From contig JBKJTE010000029.1 in assembly GCA_046590495.1 (NCBI GenBank), positions 329 to 64,328 on the forward strand: a stretch of 64,000 bases of DNA, written 5' to 3'. Origin of the DNA: Gemmatimonas sp. Its GTDB lineage: Bacteria; Gemmatimonadota; Gemmatimonadetes; Gemmatimonadales; Gemmatimonadaceae. Both the position numbers and the translations under genes were made by a program. The notes under the pieces are model-generated. The model was not told the DNA's origin. It searched no databases and saw only the letters and a program-made list of their open reading frames with translations. Shown one piece after another: positions 22,438 to 31,195 of the stretch (within the stretch, counting starts at the first letter, position 1; every line of letters starts with the position of its first letter).

Positions 22438-23079
22438 TCAGGGAACGATCGTGATGCCAGGAGGCGGAGGGGGCAGGGTGATACCGACTCCATCGCCAAG
22501 CGCGCCAACTTTTGAACTCGTCTGCTTCACCGACGCCGAAACGAAGCGGAAAAACGCCTTGAATGCATCGGGCGACATGTCCTGCATCTGGATCACGCTT
22601 TCGGTGACTTGCTTGAGCACCTGTGTGTCCGCCTGATCGCCGCAGGCCACTGCGATGATGTTGGCGGGGCGACGCTCACGCAGCTGCTGCGCGTACATCG
22701 GCCATTCGGTGTCGGTCGGCGCGCCGTCCGAAAGGATGAAGACGAGGGGACGCCAATCGCCCTTCACTTCTGCGCTGGTGCGCACGAGTTCGCGATCAAA
22801 CACATCGAGCAACAGTCTGAGTCCGTCACCGAAGTGCGTGTTGCCGCTGGCGGTGAGCTCTGGAGGATTGAATGCGGCGACTTCGGTCAGCGGTACGACT
22901 TGCTGCGCGCTGTTGGAGAAGGTGAGCACGGACAGGTACGCGCTCTCGATGGCCTGTGGATCACCAAGCAGATCGCGATGCAACTGTCGAATTCCCGACT
23001 TCACAGACTCGATGGGGGTGCCCTGCATCGAGCCGGAAACGTCGGCAAGGATGTAGACCGGCAGGCGGCGAAGAGACAC
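22438..23079 (-). CDS. TerY-like von Willebrand factor A (vWA) domain protein
   Basis: MIDAS motif in RRLPVYILADVSGSMQGTPI, plus TFSNSAQ and LVFILSDGAPTD. 213 aa, GTG start. Confidence 0.85.
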   Translation of the reverse strand: MSLRRLPVYILADVSGSMQGTPIESVKSGIRQLHRDLLGDPQAIESAYLSVLTFSNSAQQVVPLTEVAAFNPPELTASGNTHFGDGLRLLLDVFDRELVRTSAEVKGDWRPLVFILSDGAPTDTEWPMYAQQLRERRPANIIAVACGDQADTQVLKQVTESVIQMQDMSPDAFKAFFRFVSASVKQTSSKVGALGDGVGITLPPPPPGITIVP

Positions 23080-23159
23080 GGGAGCTCTGGTCGAAAGAGG
23101 TGAATGTGGGTGCTTGAGATGCTACGCGCCGGCGCCTCTGACAGATCCCGCAACGCAAG

Positions 23160-23187
23160 ACCCCGTGACGCCGAAGCGCCACGGGGT
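23160..23187 (-). terminator. GC-rich stem-loop downstream of pufC (possible leaky terminator or mRNA 3' stabiliser)
   Basis: ACCCCGTGACGC-CGAA-GCGCCACGGGGT forms about 11 bp with one mismatch. There is no clear U-tract, so the function is uncertain. Confidence 0.3.
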
Positions 23188-23243
23188 GTGCCGCGCGGTA
23201 GGCCAGCGGCCCGGTGCGCAGCAGGTGCGGTCGATCGACGGCT

Positions 23244-24371
23244 CTAGCGTGTGCCTCCGGCAGGTGCAGTCTGCACCCCACCAGATGCAGGAGAAAGCGG
23301 TCCCTTCGCGGACTTCTTTACAGCGGCAGGCATCGCGGCAGACGAATCCAGCTTCGCCATCGCAGTATCCGTCGGTGAGGTACCAACGCCCTTGAACGGC
23401 ACGCCGTTCCAGTCGGGTCGCCCCCACAACGCGGGATAGTATTTCACCATCTGTGCACCATACAGCGGCTTGTAGTTTCCGTTGTGACAGGTCACACACT
23501 GCGCCTTCGGAGCATCGCCCAGATTGCCGAGTCGTACCGCAGGGTAGACCGGCTGCAGCGGGGAGAGATAGCTCGTGTTCAGATCGCGCAGCATGAGAAT
23601 GCCGTGATACGCTGTCACTCGTGTCGGTGGGGCCTGCGTCCAACTCGCGAACTGCCGTGAGTTGTGGCAGTAGGTGCAGTTCACGCCGAGCGACTTGGCC
23701 TGACTGATCATCAGCGCGTACGTCCACTCCGTTTGCTTGACCGAGCTCCGATTGCCCGTGCGCGACGGCGCCACTTGCTGGGACACGACACGCGCGCCGT
23801 CGCGATCGAGATAGTGTCGCAGGTAGTCCGTCTGCTTGGTGTAGAACCAGAGGCCATTCGGCAGGGGCTTGCCCATGTGACACGTGTAGCACGTAACGCC
23901 GGTATTCTTGACGTGCTGCGGATACTGACCATTGATGTGTCGCGTCATCTGGAGCATGCGACGCGCAACGAGCTTGGTGTAGATCGGCTTGCCGTTGGGC
24001 AGCGTGTCGTCGGCAAGGTTTGCGACGTTGTGGCAGTACGCGCAGTTACCCGTACCCGCCACCCATGTGCTCATGGCAGTCATCGTCCGCAGGAACTCCG
24101 TCGGACTGACGTCGTTCAACACCTGCACGTTGCGCCACGGAAGCGGACCCGGAGGAGATTCACCCGCGGGCGGCAACGGATCAGGAATCTTGACCTGCGC
24201 AAACTTCGATTTCACGTCGCCGCGCGTGTAGTTCTGTTCCATCGCGACACCGCGATAGCCGACCTGCACGGAATCGGTGCGACGGTCTTCCATGCACGCC
24301 CCGAGCAGCAGGAGCAGCGCGGGGGTTGCCGCGATCGCCGTCACCCGGGCCCGTTGAAGTAACGACTTCAT
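23244..24371 (-). CDS. pufC: Reaction-centre tetrahaem cytochrome c subunit (lipoprotein-type N-terminus)
   Basis: Four CxxCH motifs (CAYCH, CYTCH, CTYCH, CVTCH). Lipobox LLLLGAC. ATGA overlap with the pufM stop. Confidence 0.95.
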   Translation of the reverse strand: MKSLLQRARVTAIAATPALLLLLGACMEDRRTDSVQVGYRGVAMEQNYTRGDVKSKFAQVKIPDPLPPAGESPPGPLPWRNVQVLNDVSPTEFLRTMTAMSTWVAGTGNCAYCHNVANLADDTLPNGKPIYTKLVARRMLQMTRHINGQYPQHVKNTGVTCYTCHMGKPLPNGLWFYTKQTDYLRHYLDRDGARVVSQQVAPSRTGNRSSVKQTEWTYALMISQAKSLGVNCTYCHNSRQFASWTQAPPTRVTAYHGILMLRDLNTSYLSPLQPVYPAVRLGNLGDAPKAQCVTCHNGNYKPLYGAQMVKYYPALWGRPDWNGVPFKGVGTSPTDTAMAKLDSSAAMPAAVKKSAKGPLSPASGGVQTAPAGGTR

Positions 24372-25516
24372 GGAGTCCTCCGTGCGCCTGCGGAATCAGT
24401 TTTGGCAGGTACACCAGGTGTGGCAGCCGTGGAGTCGGCAGGCTTTTTGGTGGAGTCGGCGGGAACGGTCATCACGGTGCTGTCGAGCATCATCGGAGCG
24501 ACCGGCGCGTTGTACACAGGGAACGTGTCCGGTGTCGTGCCCTGATAACGCCCGCGTAACAACTGTTGCTGCTCGGGCGTCAACGTGTTCTGCGCCGGAT
24601 ACGTGGAAACCAATCCGTGCTTCACGCCCCAGAGATACCAGTTGTCGACGACCGTGCCGGTGAGCAGAATGCCTATGCCACCAGTAAACGTCGTCAGTAC
24701 GGCAAACCACCACGCCCAGCGATGAATCGACTCCATCGTCGCGTTGAATCCCATCGTCCAGCGCCAGAAGAGCATTGAACGCTCGGCTGCGGTACCACGA
24801 TCGGTGATCTGTTCGATTTCACGCTCACCGCCCAGCCGGGCGACCGCGAGAATCGTGGCCGCATGCATGGCGAACAACACGGCGCTGCCATAGAGAAACG
24901 CGATGGAAAGCGCGTGGAACGGGTTGTAGTAGAGATTCCCGTAGCGGATCGAGAACGCCGCCGTCCAGTCCAGGTGCGGGAAGATTCCGAAGGGCACCAT
25001 TTCGCTCCAGCTGCCGACGAACAGTGGCTGGAAGAAGAACGCCAGATACAGGAAAATCGCCGACGCAAACGCCCAAGGCAGATGGGTGCCCATGTTCAGC
25101 GCGCGTGCGCGACGATACACACGCACCCACCAGAGCAGGATGCTGAGAGTGAGACAGAAACCCGCCATCAGATACCACCCACCCTGTGCGAGTGGTGGGA
25201 TGTGCAATCCGTACTGTGGTGGTGGCGGTTCGAGCGCGAGCCACGGGAGCTGTCGGATGAACTCGACCGGATTCCAGCCGACCGACGCCCACATGTTCAG
25301 GCCGATGATTTCAAATGCGGCGAGTCCGAAGAGCAGCGAGAGGACGCCCGCGGTGCCGAGGTAAATCGGACCGAACTGCGCGTCACCGAACTTGCCGGCG
25401 AGCGAGGAGAAGAAGCCGTTCCCGACCCGACCACCGGGCGAACCGGGAATCGGCAGACCGGGTTCAGGTACGGTCCGGACCTGGACGCGAGTAAAGAGGT
25501 TCTGGTATTCAAGCAT
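24368..25516 (-). CDS. pufM: Reaction-centre M subunit with a C-terminal extension of about 80 aa
   Basis: [15 protein letters not shown]... and [15 protein letters not shown] are canonical PufM. ATG at 25516; the track ORF start at 25570 is discarded. A tail follows: [10 protein letters not shown]...[31 protein letters not shown]. Confidence 0.93.
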   Translation of the reverse strand: MLEYQNLFTRVQVRTVPEPGLPIPGSPGGRVGNGFFSSLAGKFGDAQFGPIYLGTAGVLSLLFGLAAFEIIGLNMWASVGWNPVEFIRQLPWLALEPPPPQYGLHIPPLAQGGWYLMAGFCLTLSILLWWVRVYRRARALNMGTHLPWAFASAIFLYLAFFFQPLFVGSWSEMVPFGIFPHLDWTAAFSIRYGNLYYNPFHALSIAFLYGSAVLFAMHAATILAVARLGGEREIEQITDRGTAAERSMLFWRWTMGFNATMESIHRWAWWFAVLTTFTGGIGILLTGTVVDNWYLWGVKHGLVSTYPAQNTLTPEQQQLLRGRYQGTTPDTFPVYNAPVAPMMLDSTVMTVPADSTKKPADSTAATPGVPAKTDSAGARRTP

Positions 25517-25530
25517 GTCAGTACCTGTCC

Positions 25531-26355
25531 TCAGCGCCAGATCGGGAGATTGAGCCACCAGCCCCACCACTCAGGCCAGCCCTTGGTCCAAAACGGGCCG
25601 GAGATCACGATGCAGATCGCACTCCAGATGCTGGCACTCACTGCGAGGAAGAGGCCGAGCCGATGGATGCCGATCGCGCCGATCGAGTAGCCGAGCAAGT
25701 CGCGGAAGAAAACGTTTTCAGTTTCACTCGTACCGACCGGCGTGCCCTTCTTCGGATTCGTCACCGACAGGATCAACGATCCGTGCATCGCGAGCGCGAG
25801 GCAGTTGGTGAAGAAGAAGGTGACGGCGATCATGTGCGCCGGATTGTAGTGAAAGTGGAGATACTGGTATCCCACGTTCGACACCCAATCGAGGTGCGAG
25901 AAAATTCCGTATGGAAAGCCGTGTCCCCATGCGCCCATGAGCAACGGGCGAATGACCACGAGGGTGAGGTAAGCGAACACGGCGGCGCCGTACGCCCACG
26001 GAATGTGCATCCCCATGCCGAGCTTGCGACTGATTTCGGCCTGCCGTAACGCCCAGCTGCCGAATGCACCGCAGGCACAGATGGTGATGATTTGCCACAA
26101 ACCTCCTTCACGCAGCGGCGCGAACCCGAGGCCGTACTTCAGGTCGGGCGGTGCAATGGAGATCTGCCAAAGGTTCCACGTCGGACCCATCGCTGCTCCC
26201 CACACGCAGAGCAGCGTACCGAGTAGAACAAAAAAGATTGCTGAGACACCAAAAAAGCCCACGTAGAACGGACCGAACCAGAAATCGAAAAGATCTCCGC
26301 CAATCAGTGTTCCACCGCGGACCCGATACTTTTTTTCAAAACTGAGCATCGCCAT
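25531..26355 (-). CDS. pufL: Reaction-centre L subunit
   Basis: [36 protein letters not shown]... is a canonical PufL N-terminus. ATG at 26355 was verified. Confidence 0.95.
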   Translation of the reverse strand: MAMLSFEKKYRVRGGTLIGGDLFDFWFGPFYVGFFGVSAIFFVLLGTLLCVWGAAMGPTWNLWQISIAPPDLKYGLGFAPLREGGLWQIITICACGAFGSWALRQAEISRKLGMGMHIPWAYGAAVFAYLTLVVIRPLLMGAWGHGFPYGIFSHLDWVSNVGYQYLHFHYNPAHMIAVTFFFTNCLALAMHGSLILSVTNPKKGTPVGTSETENVFFRDLLGYSIGAIGIHRLGLFLAVSASIWSAICIVISGPFWTKGWPEWWGWWLNLPIWR

Positions 26356-26400
26356 GGGCGATTTCTCCAAGCTGCAGACGATGGCGGAGGCTGGCGTCGG

Positions 26401-26442
26401 CCGGGGATGGCATCGCACCGACACGTGCGATCACCATCCCGG
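26401..26442 (-). promoter_or_regulatory. Intercistronic GC-rich stem-loop between pufA and pufL
   Basis: In CCGGGGATGGCATCGCACCGACACGTGCGATCACCATCCCGG an inner 7-bp stem (ATCGCAC/GTGCGAT) stacks on an outer ~9-bp stem with a small bulge. Its position is analogous to the Rhodobacter pufA-pufL mRNA stability hairpin. Confidence 0.5.
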
Positions 26443-26460
26443 CGGCGACGCGCGACGTTG

Positions 26461-26676
26461 TTACCGGCCGGGCGGGAGCGGCGACATCTCTGCCGCTGTT
26501 GCCGGAGCCGATGCCCCGACGGGCGCCTGCGCGGCAGACAGCGTGCCGTTCTCGATCCACGAGTAACGCTGTGAGCTGAGCAGGATAAAGTGAATGACGA
26601 ACGCGAGCAGACCGAGGAAGCCACCCATGGCGACCATGATGCGACGCGGGTCAAACATCAACCATATGCGATGCAT
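26461..26676 (-). CDS. pufA: Light-harvesting alpha polypeptide (71 aa, canonical LH1-alpha-like with a C-terminal extension)
   Basis: MHRIWLMFDPRRIMVAMGGFLGLLAFVIHFILLSSQRYSWIENG... has the conserved BChl-ligating His in the VIHFILLS context. SD AAGGGAG lies upstream. Confidence 0.92.
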   Translation of the reverse strand: MHRIWLMFDPRRIMVAMGGFLGLLAFVIHFILLSSQRYSWIENGTLSAAQAPVGASAPATAAEMSPLPPGR

Positions 26677-26688
26677 GTAGAGTCTCCC

Positions 26689-26853
26689 TTAACGGGTGGC
26701 GGCTGGCGGCGACGCGTACTTCGCGATCGTGCTTGCCGGGTAGTTCACCACGCGAAACGCGAAGAGGTGAATCACCAGGACGGTTCCAGCGATGAACGAG
26801 CCTGTGACGGACATTACGATCTTGGGATCGAGTCCGATCCAGATACGGTGCAT
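26689..26853 (-). CDS. pufA: Second, divergent light-harvesting alpha-type polypeptide (54 aa; not in ORF track)
   Basis: Manual translation: MHRIWIGLDPKIVMSVTGSFIAGTVLVIHLFAFRVVNYPASTIAKYASPPAATR*. It shares the MHRIW..DP..VM N-terminus and TM His with the downstream pufA. SD TAAGGAG lies 6 nt upstream of the ATG. Confidence 0.8.
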   Translation of the reverse strand: MHRIWIGLDPKIVMSVTGSFIAGTVLVIHLFAFRVVNYPASTIAKYASPPAATR

Positions 26854-26898
26854 GGAGCGCTCCTTAGTGCGCGAGAGTTAAGCGGCGATGTGCAGGAC

Positions 26899-27036
26899 TC
26901 AGAACCAGGGACGCCAGCTCCACGCGAGCAAATGCGCACCCACTGCGGTCAACACGAACGCCGCCGTGCCCGCGATGAAGTACCCATGAAATCGACGGGC
27001 CTCTTCGTCAGTCATGCCGCCATTTCCTTCAGCCAT
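26899..27036 (-). CDS. pufB: Light-harvesting beta polypeptide (45 aa; not in ORF track)
   Basis: Manual translation: MAEGNGGMTDEEARRFHGYFIAGTAAFVLTAVGAHLLAWSWRPWF*. This is the classic beta-chain His and WRPWF C-terminus. SD GGGAGG lies upstream. Confidence 0.9.
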   Translation of the reverse strand: MAEGNGGMTDEEARRFHGYFIAGTAAFVLTAVGAHLLAWSWRPWF

Positions 27037-27133
27037 ACTTCCTCCCGAAAAAAAGCGATGCTACCGCGCTCATCCCGCGCGGCGGGGATGCCGAGTCCAT
27101 GCTGGGCTCGGCGAATTCCGTACTTTCTTCGGC

Positions 27134-27177
27134 TGTAAACTTCACCTTACACTCCATTGCGTCAAGAATTATTTACA
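27134..27177. promoter_or_regulatory. Pair of PpsR-type sites in the divergent pufB/bchO promoter region
   Basis: TGTAAACTTCACCTTACA (27134-27151) is an exact TGT-N12-ACA. CGTCAAGAATTATTTACA (27160-27177) has one mismatch. The sites are spaced 8 nt apart. Confidence 0.55.
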
Positions 27178-27209
27178 CCTTTGCCCAACATTCCTTCGAC
27201 TTCCCCGAC

Positions 27210-28118
27210 ATGACAGTCGATTCAGCGCGCGAACCGAGCAAAACCGACCGGAAATTCGACGACGCGCCCCCGCCAGACTGGCCATTCCGGGGCGCCTCGA
27301 GACTCCGGGACGTCGACGGCATCCGATGGCACTACCAACAGCTCGGTGAAGGACAGGACTTGCTCCTCGTCCACGGAACGGGCGGCTCGGTGCACTCCTG
27401 GGAGCGGTGCCTTGAACCGCTCGCCTCGGCCTTTCGCGTAACTGCCATCGACCTGCCGGGACACGGCTTCACTCTCGTGCCCCCCGAGGTCGACGCCCGC
27501 GCGGACAGCTACTCCCTGGACGGGATGTCCCGCGCGGTTGCGTCGCTGCTGAAAACGATTGGTGTTGCACCGACCCTGGTCGCGGGACATTCGGCCGGCG
27601 TGTCCGTGTTGCTGCGCATGGTGCTGGATGGACACATCGCACCCGCACGGATCGTCGGCTTCAATCCGGCACTGGTCGCACCGCCCGATTTCTACGTCGC
27701 GCTCATTGCACCGGTACTCGGCGCGCTCTTCGAATCGCGCGCGATCGCCGGCAGCGGTGCATGGCTCGCACGAAGCACGCGCATCATTCAGACGATGCTC
27801 GCCAGCACGGGAACGCAGCTCAACCCCGACGCACTCGCGCGATACGAATTTCTGTGCGCGCGCCCCGAACATGTCCACGCTGCACTGGCGATGATGTCCC
27901 GGTGGGATCTGCCACGCGTTGTGCGGGACACGGTCGCGCTCAGCACCCCGCTCGATCTCATCGCGGGCGCAGACGACCGCTGGGTGCCGTATGCCGCGTT
28001 GCAAAAAAGCGTCGCCCGCATTCCGCGAGCGACGCTCCGAGCAATCAATGGTGCCGGACATCTGCTGCCTGAAGAGCGCCCTGACGACGTCGTGCGCGCA
28101 CTGTTGTATCCGACTTAG
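27210..28118 (+). CDS. bchO: BchO-like alpha/beta hydrolase (Mg-chelatase accessory protein)
   Basis: Alpha/beta-hydrolase fold with [10 protein letters not shown] and the nucleophile elbow GHSAG, in PGC context. ATG at 27210 ([10 protein letters not shown]...); the track start at 27099 lies in the promoter region. Confidence 0.7.
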   Translation: MTVDSAREPSKTDRKFDDAPPPDWPFRGASRLRDVDGIRWHYQQLGEGQDLLLVHGTGGSVHSWERCLEPLASAFRVTAIDLPGHGFTLVPPEVDARADSYSLDGMSRAVASLLKTIGVAPTLVAGHSAGVSVLLRMVLDGHIAPARIVGFNPALVAPPDFYVALIAPVLGALFESRAIAGSGAWLARSTRIIQTMLASTGTQLNPDALARYEFLCARPEHVHAALAMMSRWDLPRVVRDTVALSTPLDLIAGADDRWVPYAALQKSVARIPRATLRAINGAGHLLPEERPDDVVRALLYPT

Positions 28119-29569
28119 GCCGTCGCACCCTGCAACCCGCGTCGCGACGCGAGCACATGGTCGCGCGTGACTATGGTATCGCCCAGGTCACGCGCATCTT
28201 TTTCAGCGAGATCGCGCAAACGCTTGGCGGCAGAAATACGAATGAGGACCGGATATTGATCGACAGTTTCGTCGAGCGCCGTCTTTGCTTCGTCGTCCCA
28301 CGGCAGCTCCTTATGCAGGCGTGAAGGCGTCGCATCGATCTTGTCCATGTCCGTGCCGAGGGGCAGGATGTGGAAGAGCATATCGAAGAGCGCGTTGCAC
28401 ACTTCCTGCACGAGATACGTCGCGCCACTGTAGCCCATGAACGGCGTACCCGTGTGACGACGAATGATCGCGCCCGGAAAACTCGCCGGGATGTACATCG
28501 ACCGCGCGCCCATTTCCGCGAGATACATCCGCTCGTTGTAGCTGCCGAACATGATGAGCGGCGGCGTTGCCTTGATCGCCGCACGAACGGCTGCGTTATC
28601 TGGCTTCACACCAGGCCGACGCGAGAAGGCGAAGGAGCACGGGAGCCCCATCTCCGTCTCGAGAAAATTGCGGACACCGCGCGCGTACGTTTCGTTGGCG
28701 ACGATCGCAAAGTTCGCCGTGCCAAAGAAATCCTGCGTGACGCTGCGCCACAGATCCCACAACGGCTTGATCGTGGTGTGCTTCTCCTTCTCGATGAACG
28801 GCTCCGGATCGAGGCCCAGCATCTCACCAAGCGTGCGCAAAAACTTGGTCGTGCTATGCAGGCCAATCGGCGCCTGCAGATACGGACGATCGAGTGCTTC
28901 GCACAGCATGCGGCCGAATTCGCGATACATGCAGACGTTCACATCGGCATCAACCAGTCGCGGCACATTCTCGAGATGACTGCCGAGCGGGAAGACCATG
29001 TTCACCTCGGCACCAATCCCTTCAACCAGGCGCCGGATCTCCGCGAGATCACTCGGCGAATTGAAGTAACCGTAGATCGTGCCAACGATGTTCACGCGCG
29101 GCTTGTCGCCTTCTTTTTTTTCGCGACGCTTCGGTGCGATGCCTTTCTTGAGGCCGTACTCCGTCCACAACCAGTAGAGCGCGCGTTCGGCCGCTTGCCA
29201 CTGATCTTCGTCGATCGTGCGCGGAAGGAAACGCTGAATGTTCGTGCCTTCGGGCGTGACACCACCGCCGATCATCTCGGCGATCGAACCGGTGACGACG
29301 ACAGCCGGCAGTTCGGGGTCGAGTGTGCGGTGCGCGCGTCGCATGGCGCCTTCGGTGCCGTTACGACCCAGCTCTTCTTCACCGAGACCCGTGACAACAA
29401 TCGGGAGCTCGTGCGGTGGCAGTGCATCGGTGTAATGCAGCACCGACGTCACCGGCAAGTTTTCGCAGCCGACCGGTCCGTCGATAACTACCTGCAATCC
29501 CTTGATCGCGGTGAACACATACACAGCGCCCCAGTAGCCACCCGCGCGATCATGATCGAGCACGAGCAT
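28115..29569 (-). CDS. bchZ: Chlorophyllide a reductase subunit Z
   Basis: [48 protein letters not shown] is a BchZ N-terminus. The ATG at 29569 overlaps the bchY stop (TGATG). Confidence 0.93.
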   Translation of the reverse strand: MLVLDHDRAGGYWGAVYVFTAIKGLQVVIDGPVGCENLPVTSVLHYTDALPPHELPIVVTGLGEEELGRNGTEGAMRRAHRTLDPELPAVVVTGSIAEMIGGGVTPEGTNIQRFLPRTIDEDQWQAAERALYWLWTEYGLKKGIAPKRREKKEGDKPRVNIVGTIYGYFNSPSDLAEIRRLVEGIGAEVNMVFPLGSHLENVPRLVDADVNVCMYREFGRMLCEALDRPYLQAPIGLHSTTKFLRTLGEMLGLDPEPFIEKEKHTTIKPLWDLWRSVTQDFFGTANFAIVANETYARGVRNFLETEMGLPCSFAFSRRPGVKPDNAAVRAAIKATPPLIMFGSYNERMYLAEMGARSMYIPASFPGAIIRRHTGTPFMGYSGATYLVQEVCNALFDMLFHILPLGTDMDKIDATPSRLHKELPWDDEAKTALDETVDQYPVLIRISAAKRLRDLAEKDARDLGDTIVTRDHVLASRRGLQGATA

Positions 29570-31185
29570 CAGACCATCTCCTCCGCCTTGCGCGACTTGG
29601 CGAGTTTGGCGAGGTGACGCTTGTAGTGATCGCGGAATTCCGGATGATCCGTCGGCGTGTCTTCCCACACGCCTGCAGCGAAGCCGGTGCCGACACCTTC
29701 AAAGAATTCGCTCATCGTATCAAAGCGCGCTTTGTTGCCGAGTGCTGCGTTGACGACGGTCGCGAGTGAGCCCGCACCTGCCGGGCCCATGAGCGGACGC
29801 GCGGAAATGAGATTCGTGAAATAGAGCGACGGGGTCGACATCTCTTTCGCTTTCTGAACAACGGGCGTGGTGCCGATTGCGAGATCGGGTTTGAACTCGT
29901 GCAACGCGGCAAGATCCTGCTCCAGCGATGCGCGATACTGCACGTGAATGCCTTTCGCCTCAAGCCACTCGCGATCGACTTCAGAGTACGGCGTGCGCGG
30001 ACAGGCGGTGCCCACGTAGCGCAAATCAGCGCCGCTTTCAACGAGCAGCCGCGCAACGATCAACTCCGATCCTTCATAGCCAGACATTGTGATGCGGCCG
30101 TTGATCGGCTTTGCCGCAAGCGCACCCTTGATGGCCGGAAGAAACTTGTTCTTCGCCGCATCGATCTTGTCGCGCGATACGTTCGCCATCTGGCCGATCG
30201 CTTCGAGCCAACCTTCAGTGCCGTCGTAGCCAACCGGTGCCGAGCCAACGATCGGTCGTCCAGCGGCGGTGAATTCGCGATATGACGCCGTATAGAACGG
30301 ATGAATTGCCGCAACGCCAACGCAATCGAGTGCCGCGTACAGCTCGCGCCATTCACGCGTCGGCACGACAGGCCCGGCCGCGAGTCCAAGTGGCTCGAGC
30401 ATCATGCCGATGCCGACGGGATCTACGGGGAACATTTCGCCAACGAGTGTGACGGTTGGCTTCTCACTCTTGCCGCCGCGCGGCGCAGCAACGGGACCTT
30501 GCTCGGCTTCGTTGCGCGCGTAACGCAACATCGCACCGGCGAGCACGTCCTTCGCTTCTGCGTGCGTGGGCACGCCAAATCCGGGCACGTCGATGCCGAT
30601 GATGCGTACGCCGTTGATCTCTTTCGGCAGCAGCTGCAGCGGAACGCCCGACGCAGTTGGCACGCAGAGATTCGTGATCACGATCGCGTCGTATAACGCG
30701 GGGTCGGCCATTGCGTGGACGGCGTCGCGGATGTCTTCGAACAGTTTTCCTGTGACGAGCGACTCTGAATTGAATGGCACGTAACCAACGGTGCGACGCG
30801 CTCCGTAGAAGTGCGACGTGAAGGTGAGTCCATACACGCAGCACGCCGAGCCCGAAAGAATCGTCGCTGTGCGGCGCATGCGCAGGCCGACGCGCAACGA
30901 ACCGAAGGCGGGACACATGCTCTGCGGCTGATCGTGCGGTCCCTTTGGATAGTCGGCCGCGTAGCGATCGAGCGTCTCGCTCTTGCCCGCCGCTTTCGCG
31001 GCCGCGAGCATCTCGTTTGCGCCAGCGTGACAGCCAAGTCCATCGGCGGCAGTCGCCGCTTCGTTCATTGCGCTGCCATCGAGAATCGGCAACGCACGAG
31101 ATGTCGGTTGATCCGCATCGTTCGATGTCGGCGTGTTGGCCGTATCGTCATACACGATCTCACCGCTCGCATTCTTGATCATCAC
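29569..31185 (-). CDS. bchY: Chlorophyllide a reductase subunit Y
   Basis: BchY-like: [52 protein letters not shown]. The start is GTG 31185 or ATG 31182. Confidence 0.93.
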   Translation of the reverse strand: MMIKNASGEIVYDDTANTPTSNDADQPTSRALPILDGSAMNEAATAADGLGCHAGANEMLAAAKAAGKSETLDRYAADYPKGPHDQPQSMCPAFGSLRVGLRMRRTATILSGSACCVYGLTFTSHFYGARRTVGYVPFNSESLVTGKLFEDIRDAVHAMADPALYDAIVITNLCVPTASGVPLQLLPKEINGVRIIGIDVPGFGVPTHAEAKDVLAGAMLRYARNEAEQGPVAAPRGGKSEKPTVTLVGEMFPVDPVGIGMMLEPLGLAAGPVVPTREWRELYAALDCVGVAAIHPFYTASYREFTAAGRPIVGSAPVGYDGTEGWLEAIGQMANVSRDKIDAAKNKFLPAIKGALAAKPINGRITMSGYEGSELIVARLLVESGADLRYVGTACPRTPYSEVDREWLEAKGIHVQYRASLEQDLAALHEFKPDLAIGTTPVVQKAKEMSTPSLYFTNLISARPLMGPAGAGSLATVVNAALGNKARFDTMSEFFEGVGTGFAAGVWEDTPTDHPEFRDHYKRHLAKLAKSRKAEEMV

Positions 31186-31195
31186 TGACTCGGCG

